Assembly (NCBI GenBank): GCA_043800725.1
Contig: JAZDMR010000034.1
Location: forward strand, 4,374-68,373
Reading direction: 5' to 3'
Length of the DNA: 64,000 nt
DNA from: a bacterium
GTDB taxonomy: Bacteria > Patescibacteriota > Patescibacteriia > HK-STAS-PATE-3
The notes beneath the pieces are model-generated. The model searched no databases, had not been told where the DNA came from, and saw only the letters and a program-made list of their open reading frames with translations. A program made the translations under genes and the position numbers. Shown here piece by piece: positions 10,201 to 18,490 of the stretch. Position 1 is the stretch's first letter. Every line of letters begins with the position of its first letter.

Positions 10201-10805
10201 GCGTCAAGAATTTCTGTCTGCCATAAAATGTCGCCATTGGCCTTATCAAGAGCATATACGCCTCCCGTAGCGCCCTCCTGCACTGAAATAAAAATTTTAT
10301 CTTCTGCCACCACTACGCCATGAGATACGGAATCAATTGACCAAACACTAAGATCTTTTTGCCATAACAATTTTTCAGTTTCAAGATTATACGCGTATAC
10401 AACAGAATGAGCGCCATCAACAGTAAAATAGCTAACGTCACCAGCTATGGCTGCATTGCTTCCATGACTGGTATCCGCAATTAGTTTTTGCTGCGGTACA
10501 TTGACCTCGTTATATTTATACAAACAGGTATTGCTGCCGTATTGGAAAATCGCCTGACCGCCTCTTATCCGAAAACCCTGGACGTCTTCTGAATCCCCCG
10601 CCACGCAGGGTCCGAGATATCCCGCTTCATTATATTCTGCCGGGCCGTAATCGTTTGAAGACCCTATATTGGCTTCATTTTTTTCTATTTGGTTCCAATT
10701 ATCATAAGCCTGTGTACTCGGAGCTATTAATAATCCAAATACTGCAATAAACAAGCTGATGAAAAATATTTTTTTGAGGTTTTTTATCGTCATAATTCGC
10801 AGCAA
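7218..10805 (-). CDS. Giant secreted protein (1195 aa) with PQQ-like beta-propeller repeats; a PilY1-like adhesin candidate. It contains the shared 'IGxxxDD...IYVRP...CYAGYF' module and ends ...FYRCCKL.
   Basis: Signal peptide (FFISLFIAVFGLLIAPSTQA). PQQ/BamB-like repeats (EKLLWQKDL, GDILWQTEIL, NGLLIWRTVE). The C-terminal half is homologous to the N-terminal half of ORF 13302..16826 (PVQNTVTSRLYAYIRTNPDNQARVFSVDDDGTMAEGNALD vs PLQNTPTSRLYLYEGS...VRVNDDGTSVEGNSFGLD). Confidence 0.7.
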   Translation of the reverse strand: MLRIMTIKNLKKIFFISLFIAVFGLLIAPSTQAYDNWNQIEKNEANIGSSNDYGPAEYNEAGYLGPCVAGDSEDVQGFRIRGGQAIFQYGSNTCLYKYNEVNVPQQKLIADTSHGSNAAIAGDVSYFTVDGAHSVVYAYNLETEKLLWQKDLSVWSIDSVSHGVVVAEDKIFISVQEGATGGVYALDKANGDILWQTEILDAAGDDTQLIATPAYGESKLFVKYHDGGVHGMVALEADNGLLIWRTVEENCGAGDSNNNSPIYNSGAVYGNVCGINSYNASNGVKNWHHELAGDYDGIVWDGAYWNGKLYYTFESTAGQARYIFFNANNGSEAWDSGSLGPLEKGLELIVSDNGIVYLFINGTSLKALSATDGSLVFNSDLPANASGLLGVYNGLLYVEMQNIDVANPGKVLVIAGNSGLPPDETITVTSPTCSIDGGLNYSSCINAQFGGLITHVQTTCNTGTVSTKDVRFTLASPTSVIYNNVSFSNSAGSTFRLKYPGVIDKEGQWTLTATCVNELNQTNNAGAQWTVNPTGSPDPQKLTIYDGTIRVTNSDSLEIGKLVDDPFETEINIDWLSSGSIYVRPNTSEAGSFLQGIAATDRQRLHLSGGIDGKPTLEATGLGLNGSPWIGAGIAGRFAGAAFNSGGSGIYGEVISCGLLKNCYAGYFTNPIAGQAVTAVNNSADNPTLIARNTDSSNYDFTPEWSPSPFTSEVSVFAGPFGQGPVQNTVTSRLYAYIRTNPDNQARVFSVDDDGTMAEGNALDPSLDRCGQPGHDIGFISDGGDGAYVGWASNCPGIGREHFMARVDASGNTIWDTAVNSAYGVSQADSGQYMSLSANANNLLFAFYNGGKICGMKINKDDGARMWSTDLGCTVGSNTAKELASEPGTVLQGMTEDGQGGLVIIYTSGVSTLRARHILNNGTADWTVDVTGSTLNGAGLIYYNNAVYARAQFPNNDLWIFKLNVSDGSQPWAGGLNLGPGKSVNSSDINHQLLVSDDSELTAVWRRESDGRLLMNRINTADGSKKWASDLEIADDVGNIDYRIFKGAGDVVYASYCFETGPNVDECKIQAIDGQGNLLLAAGGADIQDSRSEAMSIGHHIDNSGLSCIDQAFYDSSLPQPVGAEMYCFATNAISADFTGEVQVTEDVIADQNVTEQCNWVSVADGSVCPAGQFLNGLRRNSSTRHPTFYRCCKL

Positions 10806-11611
10806 TATAATTTGAATACCGAGGGGTCGGGTTCGGTATCACTGGCGATTCCGGCCAGCAATCGGTTATTAGAACAGATTAATTCGTCTTCTGCGTTGAA
10901 AAATTCCCATTCACAAGCGCCGCGAGTATTGCCTACGGCCCTGACAGTATCTGCAAGCACTTTACCCTCAAACGATCCGGCAATTCCGTTGGGATTATTA
11001 TTGGATGCTTTCAAGGCAGGCTCTAGAACATCAGAAGTATTGGAAATAGCCTGGACGCCGACATATTTATTGCCGCTGAAATAGCCTGCGTAACAAGTCA
11101 TCAGCGCGCCACAATCAGATACCTCGCCTTTAATCGCGCTGCCTACGGCATCTTCAATTCCTCCGTGAAAATATCCTGTTGAAGCGCCGAGTGTTGAATC
11201 AGTATCGGCAGTACCGGCCCAGGTAGCATCCAAAGTATGCTGGCCAGTGATTCCGCCGGTTAATTCCAAGCGCTGGCCAATCGAATCAGGTGATCCCTCA
11301 ATAAAAGATCCTCGAGAGCTGCCGTCTGGCCGAAGATATATTCTTCCGCCTGATTGGATATCGCGCCCAGCATTTCCCAGACGCAATTGAGCTGTGCTGT
11401 CTATCAACAAACTGCCATCGTAAATAGACAGCCGCTTAATAGGGGTAGATGGTCCGGCTGCTCGTGACAACTGAGACTGGTAGGAAATATTAAAGAAAAC
11501 AATTAAACCTAATCCGCCAATCAATCCAACGGATATTAAAATCCTGACCTGCTTGACAGTTAAAATCTGGAAATATTTGCCGAGTTTTTTCTTGTTTGAC
11601 TTATTAGGCAT
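10790..11611 (-). CDS. Membrane-anchored protein (273 aa) that consists essentially of the shared C-terminal module (LRLGNAGRDI...IYLRP...CYAGYF...KLYCCEL).
   Basis: N-terminal TM segment (ISVGLIGGLGLIVFFNI). The rest aligns with the C-terminal ~200 aa of ORF 13302..16826 and with the mid-region of ORF 7218..10805. It overlaps the upstream gene by 16 nt. Confidence 0.6.
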   Translation of the reverse strand: MPNKSNKKKLGKYFQILTVKQVRILISVGLIGGLGLIVFFNISYQSQLSRAAGPSTPIKRLSIYDGSLLIDSTAQLRLGNAGRDIQSGGRIYLRPDGSSRGSFIEGSPDSIGQRLELTGGITGQHTLDATWAGTADTDSTLGASTGYFHGGIEDAVGSAIKGEVSDCGALMTCYAGYFSGNKYVGVQAISNTSDVLEPALKASNNNPNGIAGSFEGKVLADTVRAVGNTRGACEWEFFNAEDELICSNNRLLAGIASDTEPDPSVFKLYCCEL

Positions 11612-11631
11612 GATAACTTTAATAATCTATC

Positions 11632-13320
11632 TTAGCGAAGACCTCCGGCATCCCCCTTGGCCATAATTGGAGAGCTGCCGCCGCATTCGGCATCTTCACA
11701 AACATTTACGCTTTCGCCACCATGATTTGAAAAAATACAACAGTAATCATATGGCGTATCATTGGCTACGCAAAATGGATCACTGGGACAAAGTAAGTTA
11801 ATGTGAAATCCTCTACTTCTCCACTCAGATTCGTTTCCATTATTATCCAGAGCGGAAATTGAGTAATAATAGTTTTCTCCCTGCGTAAGGGCCGGGTCAT
11901 CGTCTTTATAGCCGCCTATCAGAGATTCGCCAATTTTTACGCTATTGCGATAAATATTAAAATGGCTAAATCCGCTGTTTATACCTTCGGGCAAGTCGGT
12001 TTTCGGATGAGTCCAACCCAAGAGCGTATATTCTTCATCTCCTGGTATGGTGCCGTCGGGCAGATGAAGGTTGATACCAATTTGCGAGGTAATTGGAATA
12101 GGCGGAGTCTCATCAACAACCGACCCCGCTTCTAGGAAATTGTCGCCCGAAAACAGGAAAGTCCCGGATCCCTGGGTAGCGCCCCCGACACGATAGTGAT
12201 AATCTAGCGTTGAATCAATATTATCTACCAAAACCGAGTGGCTTATTCTATAAACTGGATCAGCAAGCTTACTGCCATAGTCCTCTGTCAGGCCATGCTC
12301 TACCACTGAGTACATAGGCCAATTCGAGGTCCAGGTAAATTCAGCACTGGTTGGGGTCTGCCATTCAGCAGTAATCTCGGATATTACCGGACAATCTGCT
12401 GGACAATCGATCGGATTCTCGGTACTTTCGGTACACACGCCATCACCGCAAGTAATTTCCGGAACGTGGCCATTAGGATCTCCTAGGACAGCGCTTAAAA
12501 AATGGCTGGAACCGTAAACAGCCGTGATGCCGGTTTGTAGGGTTGTGGGATATTCAGTCTGCAAAAACAAATAATCATTAACCCCTGAACCTTCGGGCCA
12601 GCTTGTACGGCAGTCACCGGGAGGATCTTCATCTTCCTCAAGCAAACACAGTTGAGACCCGGCAGTAATTTCAACGTTGCCGGTAAAATAGCCAGCATAG
12701 GCATTGGGATTGCCATTGTTGCCGCCAAAAATGCCATAGGCTAAAGCGTCTGATGATACTGACCCAGAATGAGCAGCCACACCCAAAACGCCGTAGCTCA
12801 ACCCCGGTAAGGCAACTACGGAACTAGACAGTCCGTAAAATCCATATGTATCTATAAGGGTTGGAGCGATGGCTCCAGAATGTAGGGCAAAGTTAGCATC
12901 ATCAGCCGCCTGGAAAGTGATTCCGCCTTGGATATGAATAAAATCAGAATCAGCACTAGTTGGAGATAAGTGAAGGATAGTGCCAATGGATCCGCCGGGC
13001 TCCCAGCCATTGATACAGGAATCGCCTAGGCAAAACTGCTCGTCTCCGTTTAACATTACGTTCAAGTTTCCTGAGGTAATAATTTCTCCAAGACTTGTCA
13101 AGCTTCCACTAGTATTCAGCTGACTGGATAATTTGAGAGGACCCCAACGCGTTTGGAGATCCGAGCCACCTGTAAGAATGGGCGCCTGGATATTGCCCTC
13201 CGGCGGATTTAATATTGGTTCATTAAAAGCCTGGGCAGTCCAAGCTAACACCAAGCCCGCTATAAAAAATAAACTGATACTGATGATACTTATGTTTCTA
13301 TTCATGGGTTTCCACAGCAA
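11632..13320 (-). CDS. Secreted protein (562 aa) with a Cys-bracketed N-terminal motif, an FN3 (PAP-N-like) domain and a CGDGxC...DC motif.
   Basis: Signal peptide (ISISLFFIAGLVLAWTAQA). Motifs FCLGDSCINGW and AYAGYFTGNVEITAGSQLCLLEEDEDPPGDCRTSWP. ITCGDGVCTESTENPIDCPADC. FN3-like region AEFTWTSNWPMYSVVEHGLTEDYG...DYHYRV. Confidence 0.65.
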   Translation of the reverse strand: MLWKPMNRNISIISISLFFIAGLVLAWTAQAFNEPILNPPEGNIQAPILTGGSDLQTRWGPLKLSSQLNTSGSLTSLGEIITSGNLNVMLNGDEQFCLGDSCINGWEPGGSIGTILHLSPTSADSDFIHIQGGITFQAADDANFALHSGAIAPTLIDTYGFYGLSSSVVALPGLSYGVLGVAAHSGSVSSDALAYGIFGGNNGNPNAYAGYFTGNVEITAGSQLCLLEEDEDPPGDCRTSWPEGSGVNDYLFLQTEYPTTLQTGITAVYGSSHFLSAVLGDPNGHVPEITCGDGVCTESTENPIDCPADCPVISEITAEWQTPTSAEFTWTSNWPMYSVVEHGLTEDYGSKLADPVYRISHSVLVDNIDSTLDYHYRVGGATQGSGTFLFSGDNFLEAGSVVDETPPIPITSQIGINLHLPDGTIPGDEEYTLLGWTHPKTDLPEGINSGFSHFNIYRNSVKIGESLIGGYKDDDPALTQGENYYYSISALDNNGNESEWRSRGFHINLLCPSDPFCVANDTPYDYCCIFSNHGGESVNVCEDAECGGSSPIMAKGDAGGLR

Positions 13321-16300
13321 TATATTCGATCATTTTCCCCGGGAGGGTTGTTTTCATAGCCGGAAATAAATCCATTATTAGGACAAACCAAATCCGCCCA
13401 AACCAGCGTTTCCCAATGGCACTCGGAAAAAAGCAGCTTTTCTGATTGGATATCCCCATCAGCCACGAAGTTGCCTTCAAATAATGCCGAAACATTATTC
13501 TCGGGACTGGCGCCGGCGCTGTTTTCAACTTTCAGGGCCGGGATGATCGAATCGCTTGATTCTGATAATAATCCTACTTCGTTGTTGCCTGCAAAATAAC
13601 CGGCGGCGCAGCCTCCTGCCGCGGCGCAGCTTACCACTTCGCCGTAAACAGCCGAGCCGCCCGCATTGTTATTGCTACCACTGAAGAAAGAAGCCACGGC
13701 ACTGGCGCCGTTACTGCTATTTTGGGTGCCGCTACCCTGGGCAAGGATTGTCGGCTGACCGGCAATACCGTAAGGAAAATGCAATCTCTGATCAGTCGTG
13801 CTGTCAGTCCCCTCCCAGAAGGCTCCCGCCAATGAATTATTTGGCCTAAGATAAATATTGCCCGTGGAGGCGATATCCCGCCCGGCATTCCCGATCTCCA
13901 GAGTATCACCGCTTGACTGGGCTATCTGAATAACGCCTTGATAGACTGACAGTTTTTGATTGGCAGAAAACGGCCAAGCACCAACGTCCCACTGCGCCTG
14001 ACTGGTGTCTTGCTGGCTGGCGGAATCCTTGCAAATTGCACTGATAGTCCATTGGCCTTCTTCATTTATCAATTTGGGATTATGCAGCGTGTAAGTATTA
14101 CCCACAACGTCACTGGCGATTAAATCTTCATATTTATAGCCAGAAGGAGCATTTAGGGTAAATTGTACCTGGGCAATATCGGCCGCCGCAGCTCCCACCG
14201 GGGAAATATAAACGTCAGTATTGATTCCGTCTTCCTCTTGTCTTTCCCAGACAATATTATTCCCGTTGATATGGGGAGCCGAATCAAAGCGAGGATGATC
14301 AGTTATTTGAATATCTCCGCTGTCATCCGCCGTGCCGAATAAACCGTCCGGCCCCAGGTCATAAACCATGACTTCAAAAAAATCAAAATCAACATCATCA
14401 TATCGCGAAAAAACAATCTTGGTCCCTGACATGCTTGGCAAATAATCAGTCAGTCCGGAAGTTGTCAGGCGGACCGTTCCAATATCATCCGTCGTATCCG
14501 GTGAACCGTCCGGCCCCAGGTCATACATATAGATATCAAAATTACACGTATCACATTCCCGAGCGGTCCACAGTACATATCGGGAATAAATTACCGGCCG
14601 CATCCCGGTAAGCGAATTTCCTTGAGGAAAATCAGATATTTCAAATGCTTCAGCATTGGTTAGATCCACCACAAATATTGAATCGTCTTCCGGGCCGCCT
14701 CCTTGGACACGGACTACGCCGTATCTGCCTCCCAGCTCCCCAGCATCCGCGTCAGTATGGCCAATCGTGTCAAAATCCGTTACTTCCGTGTCTCCCAGAT
14801 CATCACCAGTGCCCAATCTGCCATCAGGGCCCACATCATAAATGAACATATGGCCGTCGGGATTATTTAAAAATCGCTCATACAAAATATATCTGCCGTT
14901 AAAGCCAGCGTCATCAAGCTGATCTACCCGGAGACTGCCCGGATCAGTTTCTCCGGCTGCCCAGTTATACACCCAAATATAATCTTCCGCCCCAACATTC
15001 CCCGCAAAAAAAACATGGTCATCAGTAACATCCTCAACTAGGGCTGAACCTTGAGCGATTATTTCTGCTTCAGTGCCATCGTCCGGGGTGCCGAATAATT
15101 TATCTGCACCTAAATCATAACGGCTAATATAGCCGCTCGCTTCATAAATAACGTACTGATTGGTTAAATAGGGAAATCTCCAAGTCGTATCAGCCACATC
15201 ATTTAGCGCGCCTTCAGAAAATGGCTGGGCAGCGCCCGGGTCACAGCTAACTCGGACATGGCTTAATACGTTGCCATACTGCGCTTCGCTGCATAAGCCG
15301 AAGTCCGCCCCGCCATTGATGCTACAGATGGGATCGGTCACTGTGGGCAAGCTCCCAAGACAGTACTCTTGCACAGCCACTCTTATACCGCCGGGCTCGC
15401 CATAACCATGGCCAATGCACGATAGGCTATCATTTCCAACAATTTTATTATGTATGCCAAATTGCGGTTGTTGGTTATACGCTTCACTGCTTGGATCCAC
15501 AGTAATTCCATTACCGGGGAATATCTTTTGCCCTGCTCCGTCAAATCCTTGTATGGAACAGTCCCACTCATTGCCAATATCTTCACAAATTGCAAAATAT
15601 GAAACGCTCTGGGGTCCGGTAAAGTGATTAACAATACCTTGAAAGGGGGTTCTAACATAAATTAGCTTATCACTGGGCCAGACTTTTGTTCCATCCTCCA
15701 TATTGATTCTGTTGGTATAATTACTGCTATCCGCACTCAGCTCCCATTGTAAAGAAATCGCAGTATTATCAACCTGGACAATACGCGGATTATGAAAAAC
15801 ATTAGATACGTTATACGGTTCAGCCCAAGGCTGAGACCCATCAGCCACCTTTACGCGATCAATAAATAATTCTTTATTTGGCACTATGTCCTCGGTCCAG
15901 ATCATATAAACCGAACCATCGTAATAAAATGCACTGGTAACGCTTACATCAGGATCAGCTGTGAAGTCAACGCTCCATGCTAAATCACCGGCCGAATCAA
16001 TTCTATGCGCGCGCCCGGAACCAGACAGTATAATAATCCCGCCCTGTCCATCAGAAACCACTGTATGGACATACTCTCCCGTGAGTAGCCTACGGCCATC
16101 TTGCCCACCACATACTTGACTAGTCCACATACTTGCACTTGTCGTGCGATTTATTTTTACGCCACAGACATAATTTCCGTCTCTAAAGGTCATTATGGCA
16201 TGGCCATCACTTGCTAAAACTACATGGTTCCAGGCAGGAGATGTGTCTGTACCAAGCTGACCAGGACCTATCTCCCAAATTATGCCTCCATTTCCATTAA

Positions 16301-16826
16301 GCCGGGCAAGATATATATTATCTCCGTCAAATATAATACTCTTAGAAGAGGCGACATAAGCGCCATCTAAACCATCTGATATCATCCCCTTTTTGCGCTC
16401 ACCACCAACGGAAAATAGCTCTCGGTCCAAACCAAACGAATTGCCTTCAACTGAGGTGCCATCATCATTTACTCGCACCGGATGAAAATGATCATCAGGT
16501 CCTGGCTCGGAAACTGAGCCTTCATATAGATATAATCGACTGGTAGGGGTGTTTTGCAGTGGTCCGCTTAACATTCTATCTTGGTCATCGGCAATAGAGG
16601 AAAAATAAAGCGGCGGATCCCACTGCGGCACCAAAGAAAAGTCGGCTCGGGCCACCTCTGTTTTATTAATCACATAAACAACCAGTAACACACTGGCCAT
16701 CATCAAGCTAATGCTAATAATCACGGCCAACCGGATTTTTTTCATTATTGGATTTTTTGCGTAATTATCTGGCATAGGAATAAAATTACCAGCCCCCGCC
16801 GCCTTCCCAGCCGCCGGGATCTTCAT
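13302..16826 (-). CDS. Giant secreted protein (1174 aa) with a beta-propeller-rich N-half and the shared C-terminal module; ends ...DRIYCCGNP.
   Basis: TM/signal segment (LAVIISISLMMASVLLVVYVI). Repeated DGxxDDxGxxxxTD-like segments. C-terminus LEIGNAGRDIASTGNIYLRPNNSLAGAFWEG...VYGEVVSCAAAGGCAAGYFAGN.... The N-half is homologous to the C-half of ORF 7218..10805. Confidence 0.7.
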   Translation of the reverse strand: MKIPAAGKAAGAGNFIPMPDNYAKNPIMKKIRLAVIISISLMMASVLLVVYVINKTEVARADFSLVPQWDPPLYFSSIADDQDRMLSGPLQNTPTSRLYLYEGSVSEPGPDDHFHPVRVNDDGTSVEGNSFGLDRELFSVGGERKKGMISDGLDGAYVASSKSIIFDGDNIYLARLNGNGGIIWEIGPGQLGTDTSPAWNHVVLASDGHAIMTFRDGNYVCGVKINRTTSASMWTSQVCGGQDGRRLLTGEYVHTVVSDGQGGIIILSGSGRAHRIDSAGDLAWSVDFTADPDVSVTSAFYYDGSVYMIWTEDIVPNKELFIDRVKVADGSQPWAEPYNVSNVFHNPRIVQVDNTAISLQWELSADSSNYTNRINMEDGTKVWPSDKLIYVRTPFQGIVNHFTGPQSVSYFAICEDIGNEWDCSIQGFDGAGQKIFPGNGITVDPSSEAYNQQPQFGIHNKIVGNDSLSCIGHGYGEPGGIRVAVQEYCLGSLPTVTDPICSINGGADFGLCSEAQYGNVLSHVRVSCDPGAAQPFSEGALNDVADTTWRFPYLTNQYVIYEASGYISRYDLGADKLFGTPDDGTEAEIIAQGSALVEDVTDDHVFFAGNVGAEDYIWVYNWAAGETDPGSLRVDQLDDAGFNGRYILYERFLNNPDGHMFIYDVGPDGRLGTGDDLGDTEVTDFDTIGHTDADAGELGGRYGVVRVQGGGPEDDSIFVVDLTNAEAFEISDFPQGNSLTGMRPVIYSRYVLWTARECDTCNFDIYMYDLGPDGSPDTTDDIGTVRLTTSGLTDYLPSMSGTKIVFSRYDDVDFDFFEVMVYDLGPDGLFGTADDSGDIQITDHPRFDSAPHINGNNIVWERQEEDGINTDVYISPVGAAAADIAQVQFTLNAPSGYKYEDLIASDVVGNTYTLHNPKLINEEGQWTISAICKDSASQQDTSQAQWDVGAWPFSANQKLSVYQGVIQIAQSSGDTLEIGNAGRDIASTGNIYLRPNNSLAGAFWEGTDSTTDQRLHFPYGIAGQPTILAQGSGTQNSSNGASAVASFFSGSNNNAGGSAVYGEVVSCAAAGGCAAGYFAGNNEVGLLSESSDSIIPALKVENSAGASPENNVSALFEGNFVADGDIQSEKLLFSECHWETLVWADLVCPNNGFISGYENNPPGENDRIYCCGNP

Positions 16827-18468
16827 ATTGTAGATAACTTTCAGGAATTTCTTTTAACACAACAGGTGAACCGCCCGGCAGGGGTTCCCCACAGCCCAGC
16901 TCCCCATAGCACACGGGGTACAAAGGATTGGTGCAGTTTGAATTGCTGACGCAAGCGGTCGGCACATGGATTATTTCTGCATTAGATGGCTCTGACTCAT
17001 TGCCCAGCATATCAACCGCAGTAATCTCATATGAATAGTAGGCATCCTGGTCAACAAAATAATCAATATACCAAGCACTGGTCGTAGTATCGAAGGGAAT
17101 GCCCTCACGGTAAATAACAAAATGCGAAAAACCAGAACCCCCCGGATTATCCTGCAAAGTCTGGTACCAAGCGAGAGGTATCTGATCGGGCTTCGGCGTA
17201 GTGTTATGTAAATTGGCCGGCGGGAAAGGAGGGGTCGTGTCAATTAAAGAAGTAAAATTTAAAACACTTGATGCTCTGTAAGCGCCCGAATCAGCGATTG
17301 ATTGAACCTGATAATAATAAGCGGTCGAATAATTCAGGCTGGACAATAATACCGCGTGATCATAGGCCAGGGTCTCATCAACAATTTCGCTACCCAGGTC
17401 CGGGGTAGTGCCATAATTAACAACCGTAGAAGCAGGCGCGCTGGTTTGCCAGGTGATTACCGCCGTTCCATCCGTAATATTGGTAGGTGATACCTTATAA
17501 ACTGTAAAACAATCAACTTCGCAAGTAAAAATGGTTTCGCCGTTATTGCAGCTGCCGTCTCCGCAGGTAATTCCTATGCCTAAACCGGACGGATCGCCGC
17601 CCAGAATAAGGCTGGTAAAGACTGAGGTCGAGCCAGGACTCAAATCAACATTGCCCTGCTGGTTGGTTTCAGGGTCAAGCTTCACAAAATCGCCCTCCAT
17701 TTCTCCTGTGGGCCATTCATACTTACAATCTCCGGCAAAATCCAGGCAACCGTCAATTTCTACCTTACCCTTGAAATAAGCTGCGTAGGCCGGACCGACT
17801 AATGACGGGGCAGTTCCCCCAACACCTATTGAGAAGGGACTATTTGAACCAGCAACTCCATAAACGCCAGCTGACAAGTGGGCGGGCAGAGTGTCTCCGC
17901 TGCCCGCATACCCCATAATTGCGTGAGAAAGATTGGAACTCGAACGTCCGGCTTTGGCATACAAAGCTATCGGGCTCCCACTTTCATTTATATCGCCTTC
18001 GATAATCATATAACCCTCTTTCTCTTTCGTTGGATCAGGATCGCCCAATCTGATAAAGCCCAAGTCCGGATCAACCGGATTAATATGAACAAAATTACCT
18101 TCTTCAAAATCAAAATTGTTCTTACAAAGTGCTCCATCTCCGGTGTCGTTGATGCAAATTTCCCCGTCGTCATCTGGCAGGTCGGGAGATACTCGAAAAT
18201 TTTCATCTACTGATAACAGATTATTTGTTTGAATGCCCTGATCCAGAACTTCCAAGGTATTTTTAATAGTCAAATCTCCCTGAACGGTTTGAGGTGTTAC
18301 TGAAGTATTCAGAGGCGCTTCAGTGGTCCCCCCCCAAGGAGCCGCGCCAGCCCCGTCATTCCAGACAGGATCAACCCAGGCAGCTCTGACATATGAAATG
18401 CCAATAAATAAACTGACTAAAACAAGACCGGTAATCACAGAGTATTTTATTTTATGCTGAATAGTCAC
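16786..18468 (-). CDS. Secreted protein (560 aa), paralog of 11632..13320 and 18491..19591, with an FN3 (PAP-N-like) domain.
   Basis: Signal peptide (VITGLVLVSLFIGISYVRA). Motifs ICINDTGDGALCKNNF and AYAAYFKGKVEIDGCLDFAGDCKYEWP. ITCGDGSCNNGETIFTCEVDC. FN3-like region TAVITWQTSAPASTVVNYGTTPDLG...YYYQV. Confidence 0.65.
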   Translation of the reverse strand: MTIQHKIKYSVITGLVLVSLFIGISYVRAAWVDPVWNDGAGAAPWGGTTEAPLNTSVTPQTVQGDLTIKNTLEVLDQGIQTNNLLSVDENFRVSPDLPDDDGEICINDTGDGALCKNNFDFEEGNFVHINPVDPDLGFIRLGDPDPTKEKEGYMIIEGDINESGSPIALYAKAGRSSSNLSHAIMGYAGSGDTLPAHLSAGVYGVAGSNSPFSIGVGGTAPSLVGPAYAAYFKGKVEIDGCLDFAGDCKYEWPTGEMEGDFVKLDPETNQQGNVDLSPGSTSVFTSLILGGDPSGLGIGITCGDGSCNNGETIFTCEVDCFTVYKVSPTNITDGTAVITWQTSAPASTVVNYGTTPDLGSEIVDETLAYDHAVLLSSLNYSTAYYYQVQSIADSGAYRASSVLNFTSLIDTTPPFPPANLHNTTPKPDQIPLAWYQTLQDNPGGSGFSHFVIYREGIPFDTTTSAWYIDYFVDQDAYYSYEITAVDMLGNESEPSNAEIIHVPTACVSNSNCTNPLYPVCYGELGCGEPLPGGSPVVLKEIPESYLQYEDPGGWEGGGGW

Positions 18469-18490
18469 AAATTCTTTTTATTAAAAAAAT

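Noticed and set aside
5172-10270. Numerous plus-strand ORFs of 60-136 aa inside the giant minus-strand genes (e.g. 5172..5558, 8310..8558, 9860..10270).
   Set aside because: They are antisense to long, continuous, motif-bearing reading frames and have His/Arg/Cys-skewed composition typical of antisense frames of coding DNA. No RBS or motif supports them.
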